From Vermamoeba vermiformis (lineage: Eukaryota), in NCBI GenBank assembly GCA_045837725.1, contig JBEWZL010000232.1:124001-188000 (forward strand): DNA of 64,000 nt, in the 5' to 3' direction. Shown here piece by piece: positions 23,964 to 35,939 of this stretch. The position numbers and the translations under genes are program-made. The notes under the pieces are model-generated. The model did not search any database and was not told where the DNA came from. It saw nothing but the letters and a program-made list of their open reading frames with translations. Positions within the stretch are counted from its first letter, which is position 1. Each line of letters begins with the position of its first letter.

Positions 23964-26900
23964 CTAGTTGAAGCTAGCGTACGTGGACTGATTGGCCGCT
24001 GCTTCAATTTCAGCTGCGCGTTTAGCCGCACGTAGACTAGTGCACTCTTCAATAAGACCCTTCAACACGTCCTTGTTGACTGGAGTGAAGATCAACGGAT
24101 GCTAACAAAAAAAAAATCAGGATCCAACTCGAGGCAACGAAGGCAAAAAAAAGTTGAACAAAAAATGATCTAGCATCGTAAGTGAGGCCAGCACTAATGG
24201 CAATACTCGTGCTGACTTGTCTGCAATGCGTTGATTTGGCCAGGACGAAGGCAAAAAATATTGATAGCCCCCTGCGGGATTTGAACCCGCGACCTTTGGA
24301 TTCGAAGTCCAACGCTCTACCACTAAGCTAAGGGGGCTTTGTTGAGCGAGGTGCGCGACAAAATTAAGCCACACCCCTTCACGAGACAAAAATACCGCGT
24401 ACCTTCAAAAGATCCATTGCTGTTGGCCGTTGGTCGGGATCTAGAACCAAACATTTAGCCAAGAAATCGTTGAAATTGTCGGAGTAAGAGCTAGCGTTCT
24501 TCAATGTGGCCGGAGGTCGTTCAGCAAGTTGAGGAAGCATTTCGATGGAGCGGATGTCAGTGTTTGGTGGCCGGCCCTCGCACATCTCAATAATAGTAAT
24601 GCCAAGAGACCAGATGTCAGCCTTGCCGAGGTATCCAGTCTTCTTAATGACTTCAGGGGCCATGAAGAGAGGACTGCCAACATAGTCCGCGCCTTCTTTT
24701 CGGTGCGTGCTCAGTTGTTCAGAGACACCAAAATCAGCTACAAAATTGTTAATACAAACAGCCCTTGATAAGCACAGTAATATACGACGCACCTAGCTTG
24801 ACGGCTCCTTCTTCGTTGACAAGAATATTGGCTGATTTGACGTCCAAGTGCAGAATATTTTGACTGTGAAGGTAGACGAGGCCCTTGAGTGTCTGTTGAA
24901 TCACGTACGTCGCTTGTTGTTCGTTCAGCGTGTCTTTGCACGTCTGCATAATGTCTTTAATAGAACCAACGCCGCAGTAGTCCATCAAAATCTACGCATT
25001 AAAAATTAGCGTTGAAAATACGGATCAAAATTATAGCTATATTTGTAACGTACCCAAACTTCGTTGTCACGCAAAATAGTGCCAAAATAATTGACGACTA
25101 AGGGACTCTTGCATTTTTTCAAAATTTCTACTTCAGTTTGTAACGACTGTTGCAAAATCTTGTTGGTCTGTTGAATAATTTTGATCGCCAAGGGAAATTT
25201 CAACTCTTTGTGCACGGCCTTGATCACACGGCCCCACGCACTGTTCAGTGAACCGATTAATCACGTGACACGGTACAAATATTCATGAACCACGTACCCT
25301 TGTCCGAGCTTGTCTTGCAGCTCAAATATCTCTTCGGGATTCTTCTCGCCACTCCACTGAAAGTCAAAACTGACGTGTGACGTGTGCTGCACATTGAACG
25401 GCACGCCAATGCCATTGCTCGACATGTTCACTAGCGACAAACATTAACGTTAACATCACGTGCCTCTAGTATATGTTACAATCGCTGCTGTGACTACGTA
25501 CTGCTTGATTTGCGTTTGTTTCGTTTGCTCTCGGGTGTGCCACGCGGATCATCTTCGCCGTCAATTGATTTGTTCAACACTTGCGCACGAATAATTGTGC
25601 CCAGTACTTTCAAACAATCGACCCATTCTTCCATCTACACAACGCGTAAATTAATTAATTAGCAAAAACCGAATTATTTCTCGTAATTTTTGCGCGTTTT
25701 TGAAAAATATCAGCGGTGGCAACTTAATGCGAATAAATTTCAAAGTCCACTGATATTTCCCACGCTCTATAATAATCTACTCGTATTCTCGTGCCCACGT
25801 ACCTCTTCTTTAGTCTTTGCGTACATTAACAAGCGACGGTCAGTCGTAGTCAATGCAAATATGTAGCCTTTAGTTTTGCCCAATTTCTTAGCCTCATCGT
25901 CCGCTATTGGTGCTGCATCAATAAATTCTGCTAATTCTATCGAGCCTTTAGGCTTTTGATGCGACTATAATAGTGTTAATTCAATCGTTAATAAATTGCC
26001 GCTCAATATATGTGTCAATTAAAAAATAATAATTATTATTTTTTTTGTAACGTGCAGTATGAGAGTTATATTAAGGACTATACGTACTGTAAATGCGCGT
26101 TGGTTCTCGTAGTAATGCAATGAGCGCTTATCAGCCATAATCACAAAATAACGCTCTTTCCAAGATTTGTTACCGCCTTTCGATCCACCTTGCTTTTTTA
26201 ACGTTCCTTGCTTTGATAACGCTAAGAGCTGTATAATAATATTAATATAATATATTTTTGATGTTTATAGAGGTAAATTGAATAGTACACCAAACAATAA
26301 GCAGATGTCAATTCAATTAGGAATATATTTTCAATAATATGTTGTATATGAGTGATATTTAGCGAGCGTACCTGATTTTCGAGGTCATCAATAGGCGAAT
26401 AAACAATATTGATGTCTAAGACTTGATAATTCACAATGGGCTTCAAATAATTCGAATCAGCTCGCATAGGACTATCATTTGGTTCTGAAGGGCGTGTGCG
26501 CGGGGCATAGCGCAATTCTAATACGTCCTATTTGATAATAGCATAAATACAGGTAAATTCGAGAATTAAAAATAATCAACGGTAAGATCAAAAAAAATTA
26601 ATAAAATAAATATTATAATCAAATCTTACCTCTTGTTTGAGCTGATAATTCAAGAATCGCTTAGAAGGGTCTAATATGACATCAACTTTATCGCCTTCGA
26701 CTTCTTTGCTCGGTCGTACTGCGACGATCCTGAATTCGAATTGATCGGGCTTAACTGAGGGTAAAGCCCATTTAAGGATTTTGCGAACAACGTCCTTAGT
26801 TGTAGTATCCTCTCCTTCAATATATAACGATCCTTTTTCTGGATTTGCTTTCAATTTCAGTTCAACTTCTTTACCGCGTTTCAACTCGATGCAGTCCTGA

Positions 26901-27282
26901 AAATTAATAATAATTAATTAATAATTCGATAGTAAATATATTATATGCACTATACCATCTTCTTAAAGCCATAAGAGAGCAGCGTGCGGTCTTCATCAAC
27001 CAATCGCATTCCACTTGCGTGTAGGTGATAACGATTGCTTCTTAAATTAGGAGGCAGCATAGTATTAAGTCGGTCTATAATCTCCTTGACTGTAGAGTTG
27101 GATTTGAATAATCGTTGCGAATAGCCGCTCATCGAGGGGATTTGAACTTTTAATTGAATAGTCGTCTCGCCCGGTGCAAGCGTCAAGCCACTGCTCGCTG
27201 AGAACTGCTTCGTGAGCGAGGGTGGTTGAAACCCAGTTGATCTTGGGCCTTCGTCAGGCTGAGGAGCACTCACATCCGACAT
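23964..27282 (-). CDS. STE20/PAK-MST family kinase with ubiquitin-like domains, PH and CRIB
   Basis: Ubl-like LKVQIP..DEDRTLLSYG, PH GTLKKQGG..WKERYF, CRIB IGVPFNVQHTSHV, and kinase motifs HLDVKSANIL, DFG and GSPLFMAPE. Last exon HPLIF... at 23964-24101. Confidence 0.85.
24169..24239 (-). ncRNA. Candidate tRNA-linked hairpin RNA, copy 1
   Basis: 68/71 identical to 35715-35785. Forms a two-stem hairpin followed by AGA-TCA-TTTTTT. Confidence 0.45.
24266..24337 (-). tRNA. tRNA-Arg(UCG), copy 1 (intronic)
   Basis: GCCCCCTTAGCTTAGTGGTAGAGCGTTGGACTTCGAATCCAAAGGTCGCGGGTTCAAATCCCGCAGGGGGCT folds to a full cloverleaf with anticodon TCG and a downstream T6. Confidence 0.95.
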
Positions 27283-27750
27283 TTGTGCTGCTCAAATTAG
27301 TTTCAGACAAAAAAAGGGCGGATGTGAACTGCGAACTTAAACCACATGCTCGTGGTAATTATGGACATTTATGGAATTTCTTCTAAGGCTACTTTAGCGA
27401 GAGCAAGACAGGACTTGCGAAGAGGTCCCAATTGTGCTTTAAATTCAACACTCGTCCCGATCTGCTATTTAATGAGCAATGTTGCACTAGAAAGACCTTC
27501 TATCCATTGTATTATGATACACTGCGCTCGATACACCCTTCTACTGCTGAATCTTATTTGAATCAAATTCTCGCAAACACTGCGGGATCTGCTAACAATT
27601 TGACAGGTGAAGATTTCCCGAGCTCATTATAAGTATATGTTGCTAGGAGAATAATGAATAGCTCTTCAAAAGTAATTACCGCGGGATCCTGAAGCGAAAA
27701 ACTCGATCGAAGCTAGTAAATAATTTGTACCGGCGAGCAACGCTTGATTT

Positions 27751-29038
27751 TTATTTATTATTGCTACTCGTAGTATTTATATTGTTAATATAACCACTTC
27801 TATGTCTGTACAGCTCTTCAACCCACGAAACAATTTGTGGATGTTTAAACACGCCTTCAGTGCTCTTGAAAAACTCTTCTAAATTCTTTCCTTGTGCTAC
27901 AAAATTATAAAATATTAATAACATCATATTGTATGCAGCATTAAGTCTTCAATTCAATTGTTTAAAAAATTTTGTTCGTTACAAAGCGAGGCAGATGCGT
28001 TCAATTTCGGTTTGAGAGGAGTTTGCAAGACTGTAGTATCTTTAATACTACTCACCTTTCTCATATTCAGAGGCTTGTAATATCATTTCGAGCTTATCTA
28101 ACTGTTTAACAACTTTGCCTTCGGGAGTTGCGCCATCCTCGTACTCGCACCACAGATCAAAGATTTCTTTGCCTAAATAAGCCCATATTAACACTATATA
28201 CTAGTACTACCAATATTATAGATCATACCGATCGGTCCTCCTAGTGTTTCAAAGCACATTTTTTCAAACGCTTCCTACGCGATAAAAAGCTGCTTAGTAT
28301 TGGTCCCTATGGTCCTATATTCGCATAATATCCACTAAATATGTTTATATATATGAATAATATACCTTTTCCATGCGTTGCTTTTCTTCTTTCGAGATCG
28401 GATCGCTAGGTGTAATGTCGCCAACAATTGCTTCGCCCAAATCGTGTACTAGAGCCATTTTAACACATCTATGTTATTAATATATGTCAAATTGATATAA
28501 TACTACTTGATATTACGCGAAACAAAGCAAGTAATGAAAAATAATTGATTGTAGCAGATCTGCTAATTTTTTCGGATTAAAATTGAGCGTGAGACTTACC
28601 TTTCTCTGTTAATATTAGGATCATCTATTAAAAGTGATAATAACGATATGAAGCAGAGGTGATCAGCGATTGATTCGGGCAAAAGAATTTTGTTTCGAAC
28701 CCATCCAGTACGCTTTGTTGTCTAGTCATCAAAATTAGCATTTAATTTTTTTTATACCATGAAATATATTAGATGTTATTATCAGTATTAAGGATCGTTG
28801 ATTCATCTCGTAACAAATAAACCAATATTTAAAAATAAAAATTATTGGATCGAGACTTAATATTAATTCATAAAAGCGCCGTTGTTTTAACGATGCGAAT
28901 ATAGTATGTATTATATTAATTATAAATATCTAGGCATACCTTCAAATTATAACAGATTCGCATAAATTCTAACACCGAACTAGCGCTTGAATGCGGTGCA
29001 GTGGCATTATTTTGTTTAATTTCTGTATTTTCAGCCAT
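27751..29038 (-). CDS. HDDC2: HD-domain 5'-deoxynucleotidase, HDDC2/YGK1 family
   Basis: [33 protein letters not shown] and [17 protein letters not shown]. Confidence 0.9.
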
Positions 29039-29185
29039 ATTAAATAATCTATGCCTATAATGTTGTGTTTCACGTGTTTTGGCGTGATCTACTTTGGACA
29101 CCAAAAATTCAACATTTATTTTGGTTTTTCAATGATGAGCGAGACATTATATTAGTATTATTGTATTATATATCCCTATTGTATC

Positions 29186-31361
29186 ATGTGCAAATACGTA
29201 TTTAGTCTCGCTCTATTATTATTTATTTCGTATTTGCAATTTTCTTTTTGCGCGGATCAGTTCCCGATCCCAAGTTTGCCTTTACAGCGCGTATATGTAT
29301 TTTCAGACTATACTAGAAACATATATGGATTTAAGACTGATATGCAACCTGGATCTGCTTATGTATTTAAATTAAGGTAATCATAAATTAATTTTGATTT
29401 TAACTGCTAAACCAACGATTTTATTAATTAAAAATATCATATATTATATATTATGATACTAATAACCTATTTATACAGTCGATACTCATCTTCTTCGTCG
29501 TTAAATGATGTGGATCAGCTCAGCACTTTATTCTCTCCATTTGCGAGTGTTTCTCGCTTTAGAACCGATCGATTCGAGAAGAAAATTTATTTTAGACAAA
29601 ATGTAAGCAATATATTATTAATTTGCTATTCTTTTGAACTGATTCAAATTTCAATTTTCCGATCGAACCGACCAAATCCAAAACAAAATGTTCAAATCAA
29701 TCAAATTAACTAACTATATTTATAGAACCGTATTAGTCGTATGAATGCAGATGGTAGCACGCAAGAAGGCATTTATTTCTCTGAGTCACAGCTCATTGGC
29801 GACTTTGCGATCGACGACATTAATCGTTACTTGTTTATTTTGCGAGTAAGGACTAACTAAATACATCATATATTATCATATATTAATATACAATACTTAC
29901 CAGGTCTCTATCACATCGTACGAAGTTGAATTGGTTCGGATCTCACTCGATACGCTTCAGTACGTTACATCGCCTAATTTAATGTCCAAATTAGTAATAT
30001 TCATATTTCCTAATTAGTGAACACGTTCTCAAGCGAGGTTTGTCGTCGTGCTCAGCAATGCAAGTAGATCCAGTGAACAATTTGTTGTACGTTGTGCAAT
30101 CGAACGTGACAGCGGAAATTTATCGGAAATATCTCCTCGTAATCTCGACTGGAGGCTACGAACTCGATAAGATACCCTTATATGGTAATCTAATCATTGC
30201 ACTGATTTTTATTGGTCCTAACTGTCCCTCTCAGATGCGAACCACAACGCGTACTCGTGCGATGATTATACACTTGCCATAAATAGAAATAACGGCATCA
30301 TATATGTAGGGTACGTTGCCATAAAAGGAAATAAGATTAATTGCAATATAACAATTACGCAGAGTTTTACTTTGACACGCGTCAACACTGGAATGTGTCA
30401 TATTGACACTTTGACTGAATATTTCCTTTTATAGTAATACCTACACGCTCGAGTACATCGACTACATCAACGAGCAGCGCGGTGTCATCTTGTACCCCTC
30501 AGACTGGACCAATGCGTTTTATTCGAGCTCGTCGTACAGCGACTTGTTCTACGAGGAGAAGTAAGATCCGCTAACACATTGTGGGCCTAAAACAACCATT
30601 TTAATACTTACAATAGTGATGATACTATATTCACTTTATTAATATATTTATTTCTAGGAGCAATCTGTTGTACATGTTGAGATCCAGTGGCGAGTAAGTA
30701 ACACCATTGCAGTGCTATATACTATGCCTCTATTATAATAAAGGATTAGTATTGATGTCACATATTGACTATAACTCACTATGATTCTCACTACAGAGGC
30801 ATGTTCATTGATGTCTCAGGCACGCCACCACGGCCCACGACGATGACGGTCTTCTTCACCATTGACTCGCCGCTAGGGTTCGCGGTGTTCCCTTGCGAAG
30901 GTAATAAGACACTATTATATGAAACTATACAGTATTTGTGCATATCGGTGAAGTGGAGCAGATCCGCTCGCGATCCAAAAATTTTCAAAATTGCGAACAC
31001 GTGACTTTTTGACACTCCAGCCAATCACAGCAAATATATATGACAGTGCTAATATGTCTAATGTACTATAGGCGACTGCAAGTATGCCCAGTCATATGAC
31101 CTGACGACCCTATTGACGGTGCTGGGCTTCAGCATCTTGCCCATTGGTGGTCTGTTGTCGTGCATGATCATCATTTGTGTCAAAAACAGACGCGAGAGAT
31201 TAGCGCTGCAAGCACTACAAGCCAATGACGACGATGATGACAGCGATGACGAGGACGGGGATGATAATGACAATATTATGGGCGATGACGATGATGCGGA
31301 CAATAACGCGAATAACAACAATAATAATAACGAAGCGGATCCGCTCTTGCCCGTGAATTAG
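29186..31361 (+). CDS. Type I membrane protein, probable beta-propeller ectodomain, acidic/Asn-rich tail
   Basis: Signal peptide, repeats such as FAIDDINRYLFI and MQVDPVNNLLYV, TM segment VLGFSILPIGGLLSCMIIICV, and a D/N-rich tail. Confidence 0.6.
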
Positions 31362-31550
31362 TTGTACAGTTGCTCGATGGGGTACTTAACAAATGTAAAT
31401 AGTAATGAATGGTGTTAAAAACCAGCCCTTTTCCTTTAATTTAGTTATGATGAAGTTTTGGGATTTTATTGAACAATAAATACAATACTAACGACTACTA
31501 TTGATGAATAATACACAGATCGCAATTACAAGAGCATTGAATATGCTCTC

Positions 31551-34500
31551 TTACTTGACTTCTTTCTGCAAGAATTTACAAATGTCTTCGAACTCGGGTC
31601 GACTCTCAGGGTTTTGTTGCCAGCACATGTGCATCAGTTCGCGCAACACATCTGGGCAATCCTTGGGTATCTCGGGGGTGACACCTTGATCACGAATCAC
31701 CAGCGCGGCTTGAATGAGATCGATGCCCTCGAACGGTTCTTTGCGTGTAACAATCTCCCAGACTGTGATGCCGTAACTCCACACATCGGTCTTACGGCCA
31801 TAAATAGCCTCGCGCAAGGCCTCAGGAGCCATCCACTTGATAGGTCCGACGTATGATCGAGTCTGGCCTGTGTGCGAGACATCTTCTCCGAGGACACGTG
31901 ACATGCCAAAGTCCTGCAAAGGGGTTAGACCATTGACACTTTGACACTTTTGACACTTACTGAAATCTTTGGTTGGCCGTCCTTTGAGAGCAAAATGTTA
32001 CGAGCAGCCAAGTCACGATGAATGACGTTGTTCAAGTGCAAATGCAACATGCCACGAGCAATGCCGAGTGACAACTTGATCTTTTGCTCATCGCTGAGAG
32101 GCACTTGTGATTGCAACAGCGTGTCTAAACTGCCTGAAGGACAGAACTCGAGGACCATTTCCGGTGAACCACCGTCAACACTGACACCGAGCAGTTGTAC
32201 CACGTTAGGATGAGGTCGGATAGCCCTGTATTCTACTATTAGTAACGAATACGAAGTGCTACTAACACGGTACTCACATCATCAACTCGGCCTCTTGAAT
32301 GAACGAATCCATGTTCGAGATAACATTGGCGACTTTGACAGCGACTTCGCAGTGTTGCCAATCCTACAAAAGCATTATAATTTCGTCGTAGCTGCGAGTG
32401 TCGATCAATACTTACGCCCTTGTACACTTTGCCGAATGATCCAGAGCCAATCTCTTCAATGAATTTGATCTTCTCGTGCGGAATGTTCAATCGATCGCGC
32501 ATGGCCAAGTTCACTAAAGCTGCGATTAGTCTTTGAATGATTAATAATCAGAAAGGACTTACAAAGCTTGTCAACATTTCTGCTGGTCTCGTTGTTGCTA
32601 GCCACGACACGTTGCAAGGGAATGTTGGAGTAGCTCGTAGAACGGTTCTCGGCAAAGTTGGCGCGAGCAGATTCGACGTCATTGACGGGGTTCTCAATCG
32701 TGACAGCCTTCTTCTCCTCTTTAGGACCTTTCTTTCGTCGCTTCAACAACACGAGCAACACGATCAAGCCTACAGCCACGACGACAACAGGCACGACAAT
32801 GGCGGGCACAATCACTTCGACCTTCACGCCATCAGCAGGAGGTGTAACGTTGTTGTTGGCAGGTTCAATTGATGGGTTGCCGGCACCAGGTGCACTCGGT
32901 GTGCCAGGATATGAGGGACTAGTTATAGGAACGAGTGTGCCGTCAGGAGTGTAGACAGGGAATATGAACTCGAACTGCGACGTGCGATCAGGGAATGTCG
33001 CGAATGACAAGTTTGCAGCAACAGTGCCGAGTGTGCCAGTCATGACTTCCAAGGCTGCACCATTGTTGTCGTTCAACGGCGCATAAAGGAACGGATTGAG
33101 TGCGCTGACGAGTGCGTTCTTCGTCAAGTCGCCGGTGTAAAACACGTTGTTTCTGAGGCCTTTCCATATTTGGAAGTCAGAGATCAGGCCATCAAAGCCT
33201 GTGTAGGTGTTCCACGAAGCGGAAGGACGTCCAAGGTACACATTTACATTCGTGAGATCAACGTAGGTCTGTGTCAGGCCCGTGGTTTGATAAGAAGTAC
33301 CGTCCAGAATTGCAGTGACAGTGCCGGCATTAAAGTCAATTTTGACGACCAAACTCACTGTCTTGCTGGAGGGCATCTGGGTGATGGCATTGAACTTGGC
33401 CGGTAGTCCGCTGTTAAAACCAATGTTCAGACCAAGCGTGCCAGTCGTGTCAATCACCAATCCGAAGCCTGTGCCGGGGAAGTCACCAATGTTCGCAATC
33501 ACTGACGTAGCTGTCAATGTCGGAGCACGCCAGTAGATGTTCATGGCAAAGGTGAACTGTGTGTTCGTGCTTGCAGGCAAGTTCTGACCCGTAGCAAATG
33601 ACACGGTGTCACTGGGACTCAAGTTCAATGCATCTAAGAGACCGTTAGACTGCTGTAAGTACTCTATCATCTTCGCGTTTTGTAACGTACTCTCGGGAAT
33701 GGGCGTCCAAGTTATCTGGCCTGTGAGTTGACCTTGCGAAGGAGGCGTGTACCAATTGTAAATGGTGGTGCCGTTGGTCTCGCCAAGGTTATAATACGCA
33801 GCAAGAGAAGTATCACCGTTCGCTAAGTTGATGCGAGAGAATCCAACGCCCCAGACACTTGGAGTAATCGAAGCCCAGAGCTATGAATTGAGTTAGCATA
33901 GAGTGCATGAGGGACGACACTTTGCGTACCTGAATCGAGGCAATAGAAGCGCCTAATGCGCCGTAATGTCCACCACCAATAGTCATCGTGGGGACATTTG
34001 TGTCGCCAGGATAGCCGGTGTACACATCTTTTTGCACTTTGTTAACGAACAGCTTGACATAACCCGCACTGGATTCAACTTGGAATGCCACGTAGATCCA
34101 CGTGTTGAAAGGCACATCGTACTGAGTGAATGTGTATGTCGTCGTGTTCGCTGTAACACCAAATTTGTTGGCTAACGGGTCATAGAACGCTGTCAAATTG
34201 TTGAGCACAAACACGTCTGCCTTGTTTGCTGTGAATGCCTGGCCAATCTTGAGCCACATCGCAATCGTCACGTCGCCGCTGAATGTTGCAGGGACAGGCA
34301 AGGTGATAACAGAGCTCGCGTCGGTTAAGGCCAGTGAGTTCAAGAATCGCTGATGCCACGAGTGATCTCCTTGGATCGTGAGCGGACTACCAGTACCGGC
34401 ATGATTGTAGACTGTTGAGCCAGCACCTTCTCTGAATGGATAAGAGGCTAATAAATTATAGATCGTGTCGATCTTCCAATCAAAACTGAATTTGTAATCT

Positions 34501-35426
34501 TGAGACGCTGAAAATGCCTCCGTGTAGACCTGATTTTTTCAAAATTAAATTTGATTAGCAAATCTTTCTGTTATAACTAGTTATATTCCTACAAAATACA
34601 TTACCTGAACATTATTGATAAATCCAGTATATGTATCGTCACCCCAGCCTCCGACATAAATTCGTGCACTTTGTGTAACTTTGGCGGTGCTGAACGTGAC
34701 TTGTTGGTTTTGGAAGCTCGGCTGATATGCAAACGCACGAGCAGTTGTACTGCTAGCAAAAAATGAATAAGCTACACAAATCAAATTTGTGACACCTGGA
34801 GTGATAGCCAGGGACGTGGATGCGTTTCCAGCTCCGCCTTGCCAAACAACAATATTGAAGTTTTCGTCCAATCCAAAACCAAATCCATCACCGTTGGAAT
34901 AATTGCCAATATAAACAAGGTGCTGCGGACGGGGCGTCGCGAGTTGTACAGCGCGGATTGTCGCACAAAGAGTCGCCGCAGTGCTAATCGATGATGCATC
35001 GAGTGAGCCAGTAACATATCCGCCATTATATAGTACAAGCCATGGCACTAATAGTAAATTAATTAGTTAAATTGTACGGATTATTTTTATTTAGCGTAAT
35101 CTTTGTGACAGTTATGATGACATGGTGAATCAATTCAATATGATTAATTTTGCCATCAATAGTATTGAAGATTTGTATTAGTTTAAATCATGCCGATAAT
35201 GTATAAAAGAATTTACGCGGTAGGAATTTTTACTCGTGATCCAACCGAACACACAGAATTTATTTCTCCTGCAGTTCGTAGGGTTAAAATTACAATATTT
35301 AAAATTAAGGGTAGTAATAATTGTTTAAATCGGGCGATCAGAACCCTGATTCTTACAGTTTGGGCCGACTGGTTGACACGCAACCCATCCACAAACTAAC
35401 AACACCACCAGCCAAACTCGCAGCAT
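31551..35426 (-). CDS. Receptor tyrosine kinase-like protein with three LamG/ConA-like ectodomains
   Basis: Signal exon MLRVWLVVLLVCGWVAC (35426-35357), three GxIxxxQ(V/I) LamG-like repeats, a TM segment, GSGSFG, HRDLAARN and GPIKWMAPE. Confidence 0.85.
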
Positions 35427-35714
35427 ATCTGCCTGATGTTGACTTAGTTGTTGTTATTCGTGTGTTAAAAATATGCGTTTGAATTAATGGCGGGTGCACA
35501 AAAACAAACGACGGTTTTGACACGCGGACCGAAAATTGACTTGTTCGATGACCATTGTCCCGTTGCTGTTTGTCCATCAATTCATCAAACCACGAGCAAG
35601 TACTTTGTTGTTAGACATACCCGACGTTGAGTTGACAAGCGGTATGTCGCGTTCATTAGGGGCGGAACGACCACACTAATTAATCGCAAGCTATCAACGA
35701 AGGCAAAAAAGTAG

Positions 35715-35785
35715 TCTAGCATCGTAAGTGAGGCCAGCACTAATTGTAAAACTCGTGCTGACTTGTCTGCAATGCGTTGATTTGG
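35715..35785 (-). ncRNA. Candidate tRNA-linked hairpin RNA, copy 2
   Basis: Same hairpin as copy 1, followed by AGA-CTAC-TTTTTT. Confidence 0.45.
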
Positions 35786-35811
35786 AGAGACCAAAGGCAA
35801 AAAAAATTGAT

Positions 35812-35883
35812 AGCCCCCTGCGGGATTTGAACCCGCGACCTTTGGATTCGAAGTCCAACGCTCTACCACTAAGCTAAGGGGGC
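35812..35883 (-). tRNA. tRNA-Arg(UCG), copy 2
   Basis: Identical to 24266-24337. Confidence 0.95.
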
Positions 35884-35939
35884 TTTGATGAAGAGGGAAT
35901 TTCGCCGCTACAACACCCCATTACAAAAGAAAAGCGCGT

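Noticed and set aside
24135-24337. tRNA cassette as a SINE or tRNA-targeted retroelement
   Set aside because: The tRNA is intact and identical in both copies, and I see no target-site duplication around the cassette and no RT or integrase. It is disfavoured rather than excluded.
24049-24389. ORFs 24049-24312, 24117-24389 and 35585-35869 with similar translations
   Set aside because: They are artefacts of reading through the duplicated tRNA cassette.
27346-27632. Short + strand ORFs upstream of the kinase gene
   Set aside because: They show no motif or splice support and lie in probable promoter/UTR sequence.
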